Below, piece by piece: positions 1-13,299 of a DNA stretch of 64,000 nucleotides. The translations under genes were made by a program, and so were the position numbers. The number at the start of each line of letters is the position of its first letter. Positions within the stretch are counted from its first letter, which is position 1. Location of the stretch: positions 441,936,001-442,000,000 of the forward strand of contig OZ024740.1 of assembly GCA_964016885.1 (NCBI GenBank), written 5' to 3'. Below the pieces are notes generated by a model. It was not told where the DNA came from and ran no database searches. It saw nothing but the letters and a program-made list of their open reading frames with translations. This DNA is from Eledone cirrhosa. Lineage: Eukaryota.

Positions 1-45
1 TGTCCGGACGAGAAAAACTGATTTGATCTGACCAAACAAGCTCTC

Positions 46-133
<88 letters not shown>

Positions 134-295
134 AGCGAGAGAGAGAGAGAGAGGGGAATCACCAGGAGAGATTTCCTGAAGGTTTCTTTTGAATGAAATA
201 GTTGTAGTCCTGTGGAAGTTATATTAAACATGATGTTTACACTCTACTGATGTATTGAGTACTTTAGTAACTGTGGTTCCTCCAGATTGAACCAG

Positions 296-378
<83 letters not shown>

Positions 379-683
379 GTGTGTGTGTGTGTAGGAATTG
401 GTCGACAAAATCTCAGACCTCATCCGTTTACCAAGTGAGGTAGAACACGTCAAATCAAACCAAGGAAACGATGTTTCTATTAGTCCTTCGATCGTAACTG
501 GTAGAAAGTGCAACGTGTAATAAGATGTCCTGTTGAAGGAGATAATGCATCACTTGGTCAGGGAATCCAAATCACAACCTCACCACTGAATATCCAACTC
601 CCTATCCACCAAGCCACGGGCCTTCATGTAGGCCTCAAACAATAATAAACAAAATGTGTCGTTTTCCGAAATCTAATTGATAC

Positions 684-790
684 ATTTAAGGCTTTCCATA
701 TATTTTACAACAGTTTCTATTTAAGGCTTTTCATATATTTTACAACAGTTTCCATGTAGGCTTTCCATATATTTTACAACAGTATGCATT
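684..790. repeat. About 35-bp tandem repeat x3
   Basis: aggctttccatatattttacaacagt repeated three times. Confidence 0.85.
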
Positions 791-1204
791 TCGTTTGATT
801 TAATTCTCAAGTGACACTGAGTGGTATATTTCTTAGTTTCATTGCTAATTAAGAAAACCTATATTAATGTTTAGGGGCTAGAATAAGAAACCCACAGTTA
901 GTTGTGTAGTGAGAAGCAGGGCATCAAAATATTGAGAACACCTGATCCGAATACCTGCAACAGAAGGGCCACTATAAAAGAAACAAGTTTCGCTAAGTAG
1001 GTCTGAGTAACATCAAAGTACCGCCAAAATATGCGGCAGTTCTGTGAGATAAAATGACTTTTAATATATGTTATGAATGATATAAAAATAATCTCTCTGC
1101 AATAATTTTAGTGTGTGCTGACATCTTTTCCAGTTCAGTGGGTTTATATGCCCCATTATTAGAATATATTATGTAATCAATGTTACGGTGAAATTCATAT
1201 ATAT

Positions 1205-1590
1205 AGTTGGTCATATAAATAGTCATATATACAGTCAGTCATATAAACAGTCATATATTCAGTCAGTCATATAAACAATCATATATACAGTTGGTCATAT
1301 AAACAGTCATATATACAGTCAGTCATATAAACAGTCATATATACAGTCAGTCATATAAAAAATCATATATACAGTCGGTCATATAAACAGTCATATATAC
1401 AGTCAGTCATATAAACAGTCATATATACAGTCAGTCATATAAACAGTCATATATACAGTCAGTCATATAAACAGTCATATATACAGTCGGCCATATAAAC
1501 AGTCATATATACAGTCAGTCATATAAACAGTCATATATACAGCAGTCATATAAACAGTAATATATACAGTCAGTCATATATAGTCAGTTA
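1205..1590. repeat. 28-bp minisatellite
   Basis: cagtcatatatacagtcagtcatataaa, about 13 copies. Confidence 0.9.
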
Positions 1591-1889
1591 AATATTATTG
1601 GTATTAATTACTGGTTTACCTTACCTAAAGATGAGTTTAAACATAAACACAAAATATGTGTACGTGTGTGTATGTTTATGTATGTGTGTGTGTGTATGAC
1701 TATGTGTCTGTATGCCTGTATATGCCTGTGGTTGAAGCTTGTTCCAGCCGTGTCGCAGTAGGGTGAATGATTTGAGGGAAGATTTGGCTGCTATATCTAG
1801 CAAATTGAAAACCGACTGCATTTGTTATACAAGGGAAATAACTCAGATTCTTTTTTTCAACTATTTTCTGAGATTGAAATGGTGGAGTT

Positions 1890-2432
1890 ACAGTCTTAGT
1901 TCAAATCCAAACGAGGTTAACTTTGCCTTTCATCCTTACGGGGTCGATAAAATAAAGTACCAGTAATGTACTGGGGTAATTGCTGGCCTTGTGCCAAAAG
2001 TAGAAACAATTATTATTTACATAAATTAGGGCGGTGGATTGGCAGTATCTGTGGAGCGTTGGACACCATGCTTTACGGCATAGAGTTATGGCCCTTTACG
2101 TTCTGAGTTCAAATTCCGCCGCGGTAAGCTTTGCCTTTCATAATTACGTAGTCGATAAAATAAAGTACCAGTAATGCACTGGGGTCGATTTAATCAACTT
2201 TCCCCTGCCCCAAATTTACGGCCTTGGGCCTAAATCAGAAACCATTATATTGGCAGTATCGGTAGAGGGTCAGACGCCATGCTTTGAAGCATCGAGTTAC
2301 CTCCCTGTATGATCTGAGTTCAAATCCCGTCGAGGTTAACTTTGCCTTTCATCCTTACGGGGTCGATAAAATAAAGTACCAGTAATGCACTGGGGTAATT
2401 GCTGGCGTTGTGCCAAAAGTAGAAACAATTAT
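1890..2432 (+). mobile_element. Cluster of three tRNA-derived SINE copies
   Basis: A-box tggcagtatc(g/t)g, B-box gagttcaaatcc, core aactttgcctttcatccttacggggtcgataaaataaagtaccag, tail gtgccaaaagtagaaacaattat. Confidence 0.85.
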
Positions 2433-2626
2433 TTACATATATACATACAGATATATATACACACACATACACACACACACACACACACATACATACATAC
2501 ATGATGGCTGCCCCCTCGTTATCGAGTAAGGCCATTGCACGAGTAAAAAATAATAACAATAACAATAATAATAATAACAACAATAATAATAACGACAACA
2601 ACAACAATAATAATAATAATAATAAT

Positions 2627-5600
2627 GATTTCATTTATTAGCCACAAGGGCCAACATGTAGAGGACAATACAAAGACAGGGACAAGTTAGCTAGCCTATA
2701 GGCGCATGGTCAGAGTAGGCCCATTCACACGAGCCATTCTCGCCACATTCACCCACCTTTTAGCAAATGTACTGGGGGTGGGGGGAGCACTTCTCTCTCC
2801 ACCCTCACCTTCCTTTCCAGGTGAAACTTCAAGAAGTTGATGAGGGATTGGCCGAAGAGAAAAGTGTCTGTCTTCAGTCCTTTTAACCTGGTCCACCATA
2901 TAACCTCTTTCGCAAATGCCACCAGACAGAGGAAAATTTCCTGCTCTTCCTGACCTAAGGAAGACGGTGGATCGATTCGTTCCACACGCGACAGTAGCTG
3001 TTCAACATAACTCCACAAGTCAGTAATGCACGGACATTGGACAAGTACATGCAGAACGGTTTCGTCGTTCTGTGCGCATCTTGGGCAGGTCCATCTGACA
3101 GCACTTCCGTGCCTGTAGAGTTTATCCCGAACCGGTAGTGTCCCCCCCCCCCCCGGTAGCACTGCCAAGCGAGGGATTTCTGGAAATTGTCCATCGTCCC
3201 CGGCTCAAAAGTCCTCCGGTACAGACTGGTCAGTTCGACTTCGTCGAGGCCCAAAGCTTCTCCGAGTGCGTCATGACGCACTTGCCCACCACTAATCCTC
3301 TATAGAACTCGAGAGTGGAAGTTCCACTGATCGCATTGCCCGCTTGGTAGAGGGCAGTGAGTGCCTGGCAACATTCCAGGTGCCAGTCACCCAGTCTTGG
3401 TCTCTTCTTGACCCAGGACTGCAGCTCAGTCAAAGAAATGATCTGCGGAAAGGCCCGTCTGATAAACGGCGACCACACCTGTTCACCGTTGAGGCAGAAT
3501 ATCTGGAGATGTCGCAGCCTCAACGCATGTCTGCGCATCATTAGCCAAGGCATGCCCAGCCCTCCGCGTAGAGGGTGCTGGCAGCAGATGTCCTCTCCAC
3601 AAGAATTTGAAGAGGAGCCGTTCCAACTTGACGAGGCGCAGACGGGGGCAAGGCACGACGGTCAGGCGGTAGTAGATGACGGACGCGATGTATGCATTCG
3701 CCACCTTCGCGCGACCTTTCAGTGATAGCTTCCTCCCAGCCCATTTTTGGGTGAGACTGGCTACTCTGCTCGTTACCTCGTCCCAATTCTTTTCCACCTG
3801 GGGGTCTGGACCGAACCAAACCCAGAGCAACTTTACCGGTCCGTCCGTCCAGCGCCCCACGACGCTGTTGGACGGCATGGGCTTGCCTCTCCTGGTTCCG
3901 AGCTGCAAGCCCACCGACTTTTCCGGGTTAACTTTGGCTCCTGTCAACCTTTCATATTCCTTCAATAAGGTGCCGACCACCTCGATTTCTGAGGTGTTCG
4001 ACACCATCACGGTGATGTCGTCCGCATAAGCCGACACCGCCTTTCCACGTCCCGGTTCGAGCGGGATGCCCTGCAACAGTTCCAGCTTCCGCAGTAAAGG
4101 CTCGAGAGTCAATATGTACAGAAGGGAAGAGAGAGGGCACCCTTGACGGACCGATCGGGAGAGCCGAAATGGTTCCGCGAGGTGGCCATTAACCTTGACC
4201 ACCGAGCGTGTGCCGCTGTGCATTGCAGCGATCCAGCTTCTGAAGACAGGGCCGAAGCCAGCTGCTTTGAGGACAAACTCCAGATACCGATGGTCGACGC
4301 TATCGAATGCTTTCGATTGATCTAAATTGATCAGTGCCCCACCGAAGCCAGGTTTACACCCTATCCTCTCTATGATGTATCGCTTGAGGTGGAGATTGTC
4401 GTGTATGGACCTGGCTGGGATTGCGCAAGTTTTCGCATCCCCGACTAAATCCTCGACGACAAGCGCCAATCTCTTTGCTAACACCTTGGCCAAAATCTTA
4501 AACTCTGTGTTGAGCAGAGTTATGGGCCTGAAGTTGTCTAATGAATCCCTCTTGTTCTCGTCTTTCCTTAACAGCGTCACCACTCCCCTGCTCACAGAAC
4601 TGGGAATACTCCCATTCTGCTGCCAGTTGCAGTAAAGTGCTTCGAGGAGTTCGGAGAACATGTCTGGCATATTTACGTAAAGCTCGTAGGGCAGGCCATC
4701 CAAACCGGGTGACTTGCGCCTTATGCAGCTGAGAAGGGCATCCTGAATTTCGGTTGAAGTAATCGGCCTTTCGCAGCGCTCAGCGTCGACCGTCGAGATG
4801 CGCGGCAAGCCGTCAAGGTAGGGACTGAAATCCGCTACTCTCTCTGACTCGCCACTCTCCCCGAACAACCGAGCAAAGTGCTGGCGAAAGGCCTCACACA
4901 TCCGCTTGGAATCGCTTATCTCGTGTCCGTCTCTGTCCGCCAAAGACCGAATTGTGGTTTTATTACTACGCTGTGCCTCCGCCACGGGGGCCCATCGAAC
5001 AGCTTTGGTTCCCTCGTTTCTCAGCGCACAGACCTTAGCTCTGACAATGCAACCTTCGTGTTTCGCATTGAAGAAATGGTCTAATGCCATTCTCGCCGCT
5101 AGAACGTCAGTTGCAATGCCACTACAAATAGCCTCGTCTAACTTATCTACCAGCTCCCCCTCCTTTCTATTTTTCTCTAACGCTAATTCTTTGCTGAACT
5201 CTATCGAAGTTACTCTAATCTCTCTTTTGAGAGCCCCCCACCATCTGTTATTGATGATCCCCCCTGTCAACTTTTGCTTAACTAAATTGTTGACTCGGTC
5301 CCTGTAAGCCTTACGTGCTGGAAATTACATGTTCAGCTTCCAGTAACCCGGTCCTAACCTACGCGTTTTATTTAGGTCGACCGTACAGATCACAAATTTG
5401 TGATCTCAATAGGCGACCGTTTTAAAAAGTGGGCAGCCCACACTATTTCTATCTATTTACCTACTGAAGATCCTGTCTATATACGATCTAGATGACCCCA
5501 TTCGGTTGGTCTATGTCCATACAGGCATATTGGGGAAATCTAGTCGATACCTGTCAGACAGTTGGAACTGGCTGAGTAGGTGCTTGAGGCTTTTGCACCC

Positions 5601-8294
5601 CCCGCTCCTATCGGCTACTCCCACACAATCCCAGCGTGCGTCTAAGATGCCATTCCAGTCCCCCGCTAAGAGTAAAGGGCGAGACGTACCCAGAAAGGTC
5701 TCCAGGCGCCTAAAGAAGTCCGGTCGTCCGGCCCCTGTAGGGGCGAAGACGGCCAGTAGTCTAAAGGCACCACCTTCGCTACTGCTCACTTCCAAGACCA
5801 CCAACTTACCGTCCGGGTCCCGCAAGATCGACCTTACCTCGAGATCCAGTCCTTTCCTAAACAGTACTGCCACCCCATCCCCCATTCCCGGTCTGCTAAC
5901 AGATGCGGAGATCTGATAGTCGTCGAAAATGGGGGCTAGTGCGCGCGTGTCGGAAATTCTGGTCTCGCTGACGGCAATCACATCCATTTCCAGCGACCTG
6001 AGGTCGTTGAGCAGGCGACCCTGCTTCCAGGGTGACCCCAGGCCGCGAACATTTAAACTTCCTACTCTTAATATGGCCATATTAGTAAGCTAAGAGAGAG
6101 AAGGAAGGTTTACTTACCTCCCGGGGTCTTGTGAAGTCCGGTGGTTCGACCTCCATGGTTGGTGGGGTTTCTTTTGGGAACCCCTTTAAAAGTCTTGATG
6201 TGTGTTTCACATTCGGGGTTCCCACGTCTTGAGGAAAGCTCTCTCGAATTTCTTTGAAGGAATTGAGTGACATTCGGACCAGAAGCAAATCTGGCACGCA
6301 AAATGTGCTCATTTCAAAAATCTCCCCCTCTGTTTGAATGTCCTCGCTTCGTGCTAAGAGGGCCATCAGTTTATCGTTGGCCCTTCTGACAAGCACGAAG
6401 TTTTTAACATTTTGTTGGTGTGGTTTTATTTGTTTTCATTTTGGTGACTGTGGTGGTGATGGTTTTGGTGGTGTTGTTTCGGGTATGTCTGTGTTTGTTG
6501 TAGGTGTGGTGTCTGCAATTTCAGGTATTTGTGTGTTTATTTGTACTTGTGTTTGTTTAGGTTGTTTGCGTTTCGGGGATTGTAGAGGTGGTGTCGATGT
6601 TGCTGTTGGTGATGATGTTATTGGGGAGGTGTTTGCGTTAGTGGTGTCTGTATTTTTTGTTGTGTATGTTTTTGTGTTTTGTTGGGCTCTTTTTTTGTGA
6701 GTTTTCTCTGTTTTTTTGCACTTTTTGGGTTTTCCTTCATCTTCGCTGCTGGAAGACAAAGGGTCTGTGGCTGTGAGTGTCTCTGTGTCTGTGTGTGCGT
6801 TTATTGTTTTGTCTATGTGTATAATTGGGGGGGGGAGTGGGAGAGCTTTCCTCGTTTTCCTCTTGGATTGGTTTTGGTGTTGGTGGTGATCCGGCTGTTT
6901 TTGATGTTGGTGTCCGTGTTTTTGTTGGTGTTGTTTTTGGTGGTGGTGGTGGTGGTGGTGCAGCTTTCCGTGCTGACACTGGCGTTGGCAACAAAGGAGG
7001 TTTGCGACTCCCTGCATTTTTGCGCTGAGGGCAGAAGGCTTGCAAATGCGTTACTTCTCCGCAGACGAAGCAGCGTGGCCTTCTTCCGTCAATGATTAGT
7101 TGGATTGTTGTCCCGTCCTGCAGGCGGGCAAAATCCGGGATGTTGTTTATGTCCTCCGGTTTCATTTGGAGAAGAATCTCCAAATCCATTCCGGACCAGT
7201 CCTCTCCCTCTGTCCTTTTGATATCCAGGAGGGTAGTGTCTGTCCCCTCCTCGATTACGCATCCCATAAGTTCATTCCTGGTGGGATGCTGGGAATGCGG
7301 ACCTTTACTGTCCTTTTACCCATGTAGGACAGATGCATGATAATGCGCTCCGTTCTGCAGGGGGTCACCGAGTGCTTAATAGCGAGGGCCTCGGTTTTGA
7401 ACTGTACCGAGATGGTACCGAACTGTTTGCCTCTTGCTTTGTACTCTATGTTACTTCCGATGTACTCCAAAGCAGCCTCGACCTCTGCTTGGCTGGCAAG
7501 TTCCACTTTTCGTGTCTGCACCGAAATGCATCGAAAGAACACCGTCCTCCTTTGTATGGCCGCTATTGCCTCGTCCGGGATGGTCAGGTTTGCCCAGGAC
7601 TTCTCCCGTTTAATTAGCCTCCTCGCTTTGGCCAACTGTTCGTCTTTATCGCTAATATCAATATCAATATTCAATAAGCGCTTTGTTTTTGCTGCTGCTG
7701 CAGCAAATGTGGTGCTTCTGATGCTTTTATTGTTGGTGTTGCCATTCTTGCTGTTGTTATTTGTGTTGTTGTTGTTGTTTTGTTTGTTTATGTTGTTGCC
7801 ACCGCCATCCGTGTTTACATTGAAGCTGTCGGTGTTATTGTCGTTATTGCTCTGAGTTGTTGTTGTGGTGGTGGTGGTGGTGGTGATGGTGATGTCGTTT
7901 TCAGATGATACTGCTGCTATCACAGAGGTTGAGTTTTGCCTTCACATTCAGTAGAGTGGATGACAGGCATGACTGTAGCCGTCGTAGTCGTGGTGAAATA
8001 TATAGTGGCTGCCTTTAAACTTTTGACCTGAACGTTGTTTACCGTTTCAAGGTCGAAAATTTCCATAATTTTTTTTTTGGTGGGGAAGCGATTTTTTTCC
8101 GAAGTTTTTAAAAAATAAATCTGAATATTCGGGCTTAAAGCCCGAATATTCAGAGGTATCCCTCTCTTTAAATCAAGATGTGTGCCTTAAGTTTTGTTAA
8201 CGAGAAGAAAATACAAAAAATGACACTTTAAAACAGCTTAAAGTTACGAACCTTTTCCCCCGCAGATTTGTACTGTCTTCACACATGTGCGGCC
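2627..8294 (-). mobile_element. Near full-length Tx1/L1-clade LINE with frameshifts
   Basis: ORF1 about 8066-6082 with CCHC knuckle CFVCGEVTHLQAFC; ORF2 from 6080 with APE endonuclease (SLNVRGL, SETR, GDWN), RT (KSPGLDG, RPITLLN, QGCPLS, YADD) and C-terminal CPRC...H...C; AATAAA then (ATT)n tail; (TAA)n on both sides. Confidence 0.93.
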
Positions 8295-8417
8295 ATAATA
8301 ATAATAATAATATACATATATATAATATACAACAATAATATTTTACATATATATATATATACACACGCGCGCACACACATAAACGTACCTACAAACATAT
8401 CTACAAACAAAACATAT

Positions 8418-9800
8418 CTACAAACACACACACGATAGCAATTGACAGCGCTGCGATCGAATGTGGCTTTTTAGCCCAGCCAATGATCTAAAATGTCTTG
8501 CACAGAGTTGCCAACCAAAACATTCACTGGGAATAGCCGGCTGTGGTTGGAGTTCATGTACTTTTGCATGTCGTTTGAGCCCTCCTGCTGATTTACATTC
8601 TCTACCACATGCTTGGCAACCATGATGAGTAGCATCTCCAACAGCAGCCTGGTAGTCAACCACTGGTCTTACTTTATGACAGCGAAGATGACTTTCGAGT
8701 CCAGCTTTGCTTAGGCAGAGTCTCGCACAGACGCTGCATGTCAGCACCATAGGAGGACCCTCGCCGTCTGGAAGTGCAACAGCAATGCCTTTCCTCACAT
8801 CCCGCTTTACTTTCTCGTATGCGATTCGAGATGCCTCAAAGGCAACTTTCCCCTCATATACAGTCTTTCTCCATTTATTACGATCAGCAGCAACATTTTC
8901 CCATGTATCAGCAGAGATGTTAGCGTCTTTCAAAATACCTCTTTTTTGGTTTATGTGGCGGTCGTTTTCCTTTAACTAACTCTCCATAAAAGAGTTGTTT
9001 TGGTATTCTAGAATCCTTCATCCTGGCAAGGTGACCACTCCAACGGAGTCGTTGCTTAAGCACAAGAGCTTCTATACTGTCACACAGAGAGCTTTCTAAA
9101 ATCTCGACATCACTCATGTGGTCCCTCCAGTGAACGCCATGGATCCGTCTGAGACACATCTGATGGAAACGCTCCAATTGCTTAAGGTGGTGTCGATATG
9201 TGACCCAGGTCTCGCAGGCATAAAGAAGAGAAGAGAGCACACATACCTTGTACACCTTTACCTTTGTCTTCTTGCATATGTCTCGCCGACCCCAGAGTCG
9301 CCTTTCTAGCTTTCCAAAAGCATCACTTGCTTTCCTAATCCTGAGTGGGATTTCATTATCAAGGTTGCTGTATCGATTGACAGTGCTTCCCAGGTAGACA
9401 AACTGATCAACCACTCCAAGTCGTTTAACATACACATAGATATTTGGTTACTCTACTGCTTACCAGGGGCAGGTTGGTACATGACGACGGTTTTCTTGAG
9501 ACTGACAGTGAATCCCAGGCCAGAGCAAGCATCAGAAAATGCATTCAAAATGTGCTGCATATCACTCTCTGTGTGTGCTACAAGATCGCAATCATCTGCA
9601 TACAAGAGGTCTCTTATGATTGATGTAAATACTTTTGTTTTTTGCAGCAAAGCGCCTGATGTTAAATATGCTTCCTGGGGTTCGATATCGGATGTAAACA
9701 CCATGCTCGCAATTCCTGAATGCAATATAGAAAACCATTGCAAAGTATATGGCAAACAGGGTCGGTGCTGGAATATCCCCCTGTTTCACTCCATGAGAAG
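8418..9800 (-). mobile_element. 5'-truncated RTE-clade LINE with C-terminal C2H2-like zinc fingers
   Basis: KQG...APTLF, LLYADD, YLGS, LLYACETW, RLRWSGHLARM..RIPKQLFYGEL, then CxxC..HxxxH motifs. Confidence 0.88.
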
Positions 9801-10231
9801 ATCATATCGGGTAGTGCCGCGTCCAGCACGAAAACCAGTACATGGAACAGTAAAAATATGTAAAACATTCCAAAACTTTTGCATCTAATAACTGCATATA
9901 CGCATGTACAGATGTGTATATGTACAAAGCATATATACATGCACACATACAACTCAAAACATACACATCCACATATACAATAACATCCATATCTACACAG
10001 ACATACATACATATCTACCTAGTTGATGTTGTGTAAATTCCAATGAGAGAGTCTCGTGTCTATGTTAGAAACCGACTCTCTCTCTATTGGTAAAACTTTG
10101 TGAAATTATAAAACCAGAAGAACATACATACGCACACACACACACATACATACATAATACATACATACATACATACATACATACATACATACATACATAC
10201 ATACATACATACATACATACATACATACATA

Positions 10232-10945
10232 CATGGTGGGTGCCAACTCGTTTTCGAGTACGGTCACTACTTTATATCCATGTCGGAGAACCCCTACCAT
10301 TGGGCTGAACGAGTGTGACTTTTTGTCCAGCCAGCGACTTGAAAACTCTGGTACAAACACTACACTTGTGACAATTATTGACACACAGTGCTGGGTCCAT
10401 GGTACCATGTGACGACAAGTGCAGAGAGATCTCCAGATACAAAGCAATGCCTGTGCCGTGAAGCTTTTATAGTGAGCAAAGGCACTGCACAAAGCCAGTC
10501 CCACTCTCTTAACCAAGATGATATTTACCAAAAAGAAGAACAAGTCAACATCATTGGATACCATCAGGGTTGCAGGTGTTATATCAGAGTTTTCCTTCTC
10601 CTAGAATTCTGCCTTGACAAAGGTTAAGGGGTCATCTCTCCCGGTGATTTTGGATGGCCATTGACTCTTAAGAGCTCCTTTGCCCTTTGACAGGTTTTGT
10701 TTTTAGTCCTGCAGGATATCCAAAGTCACCCTCCTCACCAAGAAACCTTGGTGGGGTTGCCAGTTTAGTCGCCAACGACCCGACCATGAGACAGGTTGTA
10801 CTGGGATACATGTTACCAGTAGCACCAAACACATACATACATACATACATACATACATACATACATACATACATACATACATACAGAAGAACATACATAC
10901 ATACATACATACATACATACATACATACATACATACATACATACA

Positions 10946-10976
<31 letters not shown>

Positions 10977-11720
10977 TTACCAAAAAGAAGAACAAGTCAA
11001 CATCATTGGATACCATCAGGTTTGCAGGTCTTATATCAGAGTTTTCCTTCTCCTAGAATTCTGCCTTGACAAAGGCTAAGGGGTCATCTCTCCCAGTGAT
11101 TTTGGATGGCCATTGACTCTTAAGAGCTCCTTTGCCCTTTGACAGGTCACCAGTTGGTGCTACTGGTAACATGTATCCCAGTACAACCTGTCTCATGGTC
11201 GGGTCGTTGGCGACTAAACTGGCAACCCCACCAAGGTTTCTTGGTGAGGAGGGTGACTTTGGACATCCTGCAGGACTAAAAACATACATACATACATACA
11301 TACATACATACATACATACATACATACATACATACATACATACATACATACATACATACATGATGGCTGCCGTTTCGTTATCGAGTATGGCCATTTCACG
11401 ATATACCATTATTAATTATCATGAATTAATTCTATCGTGCAATGCCTGTGCGTGAAGATTTTTTTTTAAGTGAGGAAAGACTGTGCACTGAGCCAATCCC
11501 AGTCTCTGAGCAACAATAGCTATAACCCGAAAAGAAGAAAAGATCAACATCATCGGTAACTACTGAGCCGCAGGTTTTATGTCGGAGTTATCCCAGTTTC
11601 CTGAGTTGCCTTCTCCTAGAAGAATGCCCTGACAAAGGCTACGGGTCCTTCACTCCCTGTGGTTTAACCGCGCGATCGGGTATTCAGCCCGATTATTTCT
11701 ATGTCCCCGCGCATACATAC
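10232..11720. mobile_element. Chain of (CATA)n-bounded non-autonomous elements with RTE-5'UTR-like motif
   Basis: Repeated ccttctcctagaa...gacaaaggcta motif; 10526-10696 duplicates 10973-11146; 10694-10829 is an inverted copy of 11155-11283; 11360-11712 matches 43948-44300. Confidence 0.7.
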
Positions 11721-12263
11721 ATAATTCCCTGTCCCAAGACTAATGCCCTGGTTTCTGCTACCCCATCTGCTGGCGATATGTTGGACTGGTGTGTACAGAA
11801 ATTAGGTAATGCTATTAAACATTACGTAATCAGGTAAGAGGAGTTTCATCAGCAGAGAGTTAGCCTCCTCAGAACAGGTTAAACACCAGCCCACTGCATT
11901 TGGTGTGGAAATGTCATTACAGAAGTCACGTGACAGTGAAATGGTGCTACATACACAGTGTATCCGTTCCATAGTATCTATCCGGCCTCTTCAGATGGTC
12001 TTCCGAACATTAATTTTATCCACCCTAGAGAATCAGGGGTGGATAACCAACACACTCCATAGTCACCAAACCCGTCGAATCAATTGTAATGAAAAATTTC
12101 CGAATAAATTATTGTAAAAATCCACTATGCATACTTATTCTTCACTATATATACTCCATCTGGACCACCAGATGTAGTCTGGGATGCTTCAGGATGTTGA
12201 GTGCTTACCTCATGATACATCGAGATCTACCAGTTACAATACCCTAACTGGTCGTCTACCTGC

Positions 12264-12307
<44 letters not shown>

Positions 12308-12430
12308 GGAGGTGAGTTTTATTGTAGTACAATAAAGCAATGCAGATATCGGATAAGAAGCACTCTACAGTTTGTAAGACTGGAGTATAAATAATATATA
12401 AGATCAAAAGATAGTTAAAAGAGTTCCATG

Positions 12431-12501
12431 TATTTTATTATGCGCATTTCAAAAACAAATATCATCATGCAATAACATTTGCGTTTTCGTCAGATAAAAT
12501 A
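12431..12501 (-). ncRNA. Hammerhead ribozyme, mirror copy
   Basis: Exact reverse complement of 12614-12684. Confidence 0.85.
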
Positions 12502-12613
12502 GGGAGACATGATATGAAGGTTAAAACACACTTGTGAATAGTGCAGTTATTGATATGTTGATTTAAAACTGCACTATTCACAAGTGTGTTTTAACCTTCA
12601 TATCATGTCTCCC

Positions 12614-12684
12614 TATTTTATCTGACGAAAACGCAAATGTTATTGCATGATGATATTTGTTTTTGAAATGCGCATAATAAAATA
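12614..12684 (+). ncRNA. Type I hammerhead ribozyme (Penelope pLTR type)
   Basis: tattttat-CTGACGA-long stem II-GAAA-tgcgca-TA-ataaaata; 8-bp stem I, palindromic stem III. Confidence 0.85.
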
Positions 12685-12712
12685 CATGGAACTCTTTTAA
12701 CCATCTTTGGAT

Positions 12713-12751
<39 letters not shown>

Positions 12752-13268
12752 GTGAGGTTTTTTTTACAAAATGAAAAATAACCGAGGTGTCCTACACGAG
12801 TGGAAGTATAAAGAAAAAGAGATGAAATCGAAAATGCAACAAAATAAAAACCCGAACTAAATAAACCTTAACATACGTTTGCACTGGCAATACAACAGCA
12901 AACACGAAAAAGTCAGGAAAATATGTTCATTCAAAAATATTCCTACTAAAGGAATCACTTTCCTACACACACACATACACACACACACAATATATATATA
13001 TATATATATTCTCTTCATCTTAACATGCTAACCATACTCCCACACACATAACACCCATACACACACATAACAACCCCCACACCTACAACTCCCTCCCCAT
13101 TTCTACTAATAGAACCACTTTCCTACACACATATATATATACACACACACAAAATATATATTCTCTCCATCTTAACATACTCGCACACACACACATAACA
13201 CCCATATACACACACACACAACTCCCTCCCCCATCTCTACTAATAGAATCATCTTCCAATACACACAT

Positions 13269-13299
<31 letters not shown>

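Larger units (their letters stand above)
12394..12721. repeat. Long inverted repeat (about 155-bp arms, 18-nt spacer)
   Basis: 12394-12548 is the near-perfect reverse complement of 12567-12721; bounded by (TA)n. Confidence 0.93.

Noticed and set aside
395-500. Possible plus-strand exon (ELVDKISDLIRLPSEVEHVK...)
   Set aside because: Weak splice signals, no recognisable domain and no partner exons found.
2028-2120. tRNA genes at A/B-box motifs
   Set aside because: The boxes belong to SINE heads, continue into the SINE core, and do not form a cloverleaf.
10570-10670. Possible HDV-like or twister ribozyme in the (CATA)n elements
   Set aside because: I could not fit the HDV nested pseudoknot or the twister consensus by eye; it needs a covariance-model search.
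10087-11455. MYVC/HTYI-rich ORFs, and similar YI, CV and RE ORFs elsewhere
   Set aside because: Microsatellite translations.
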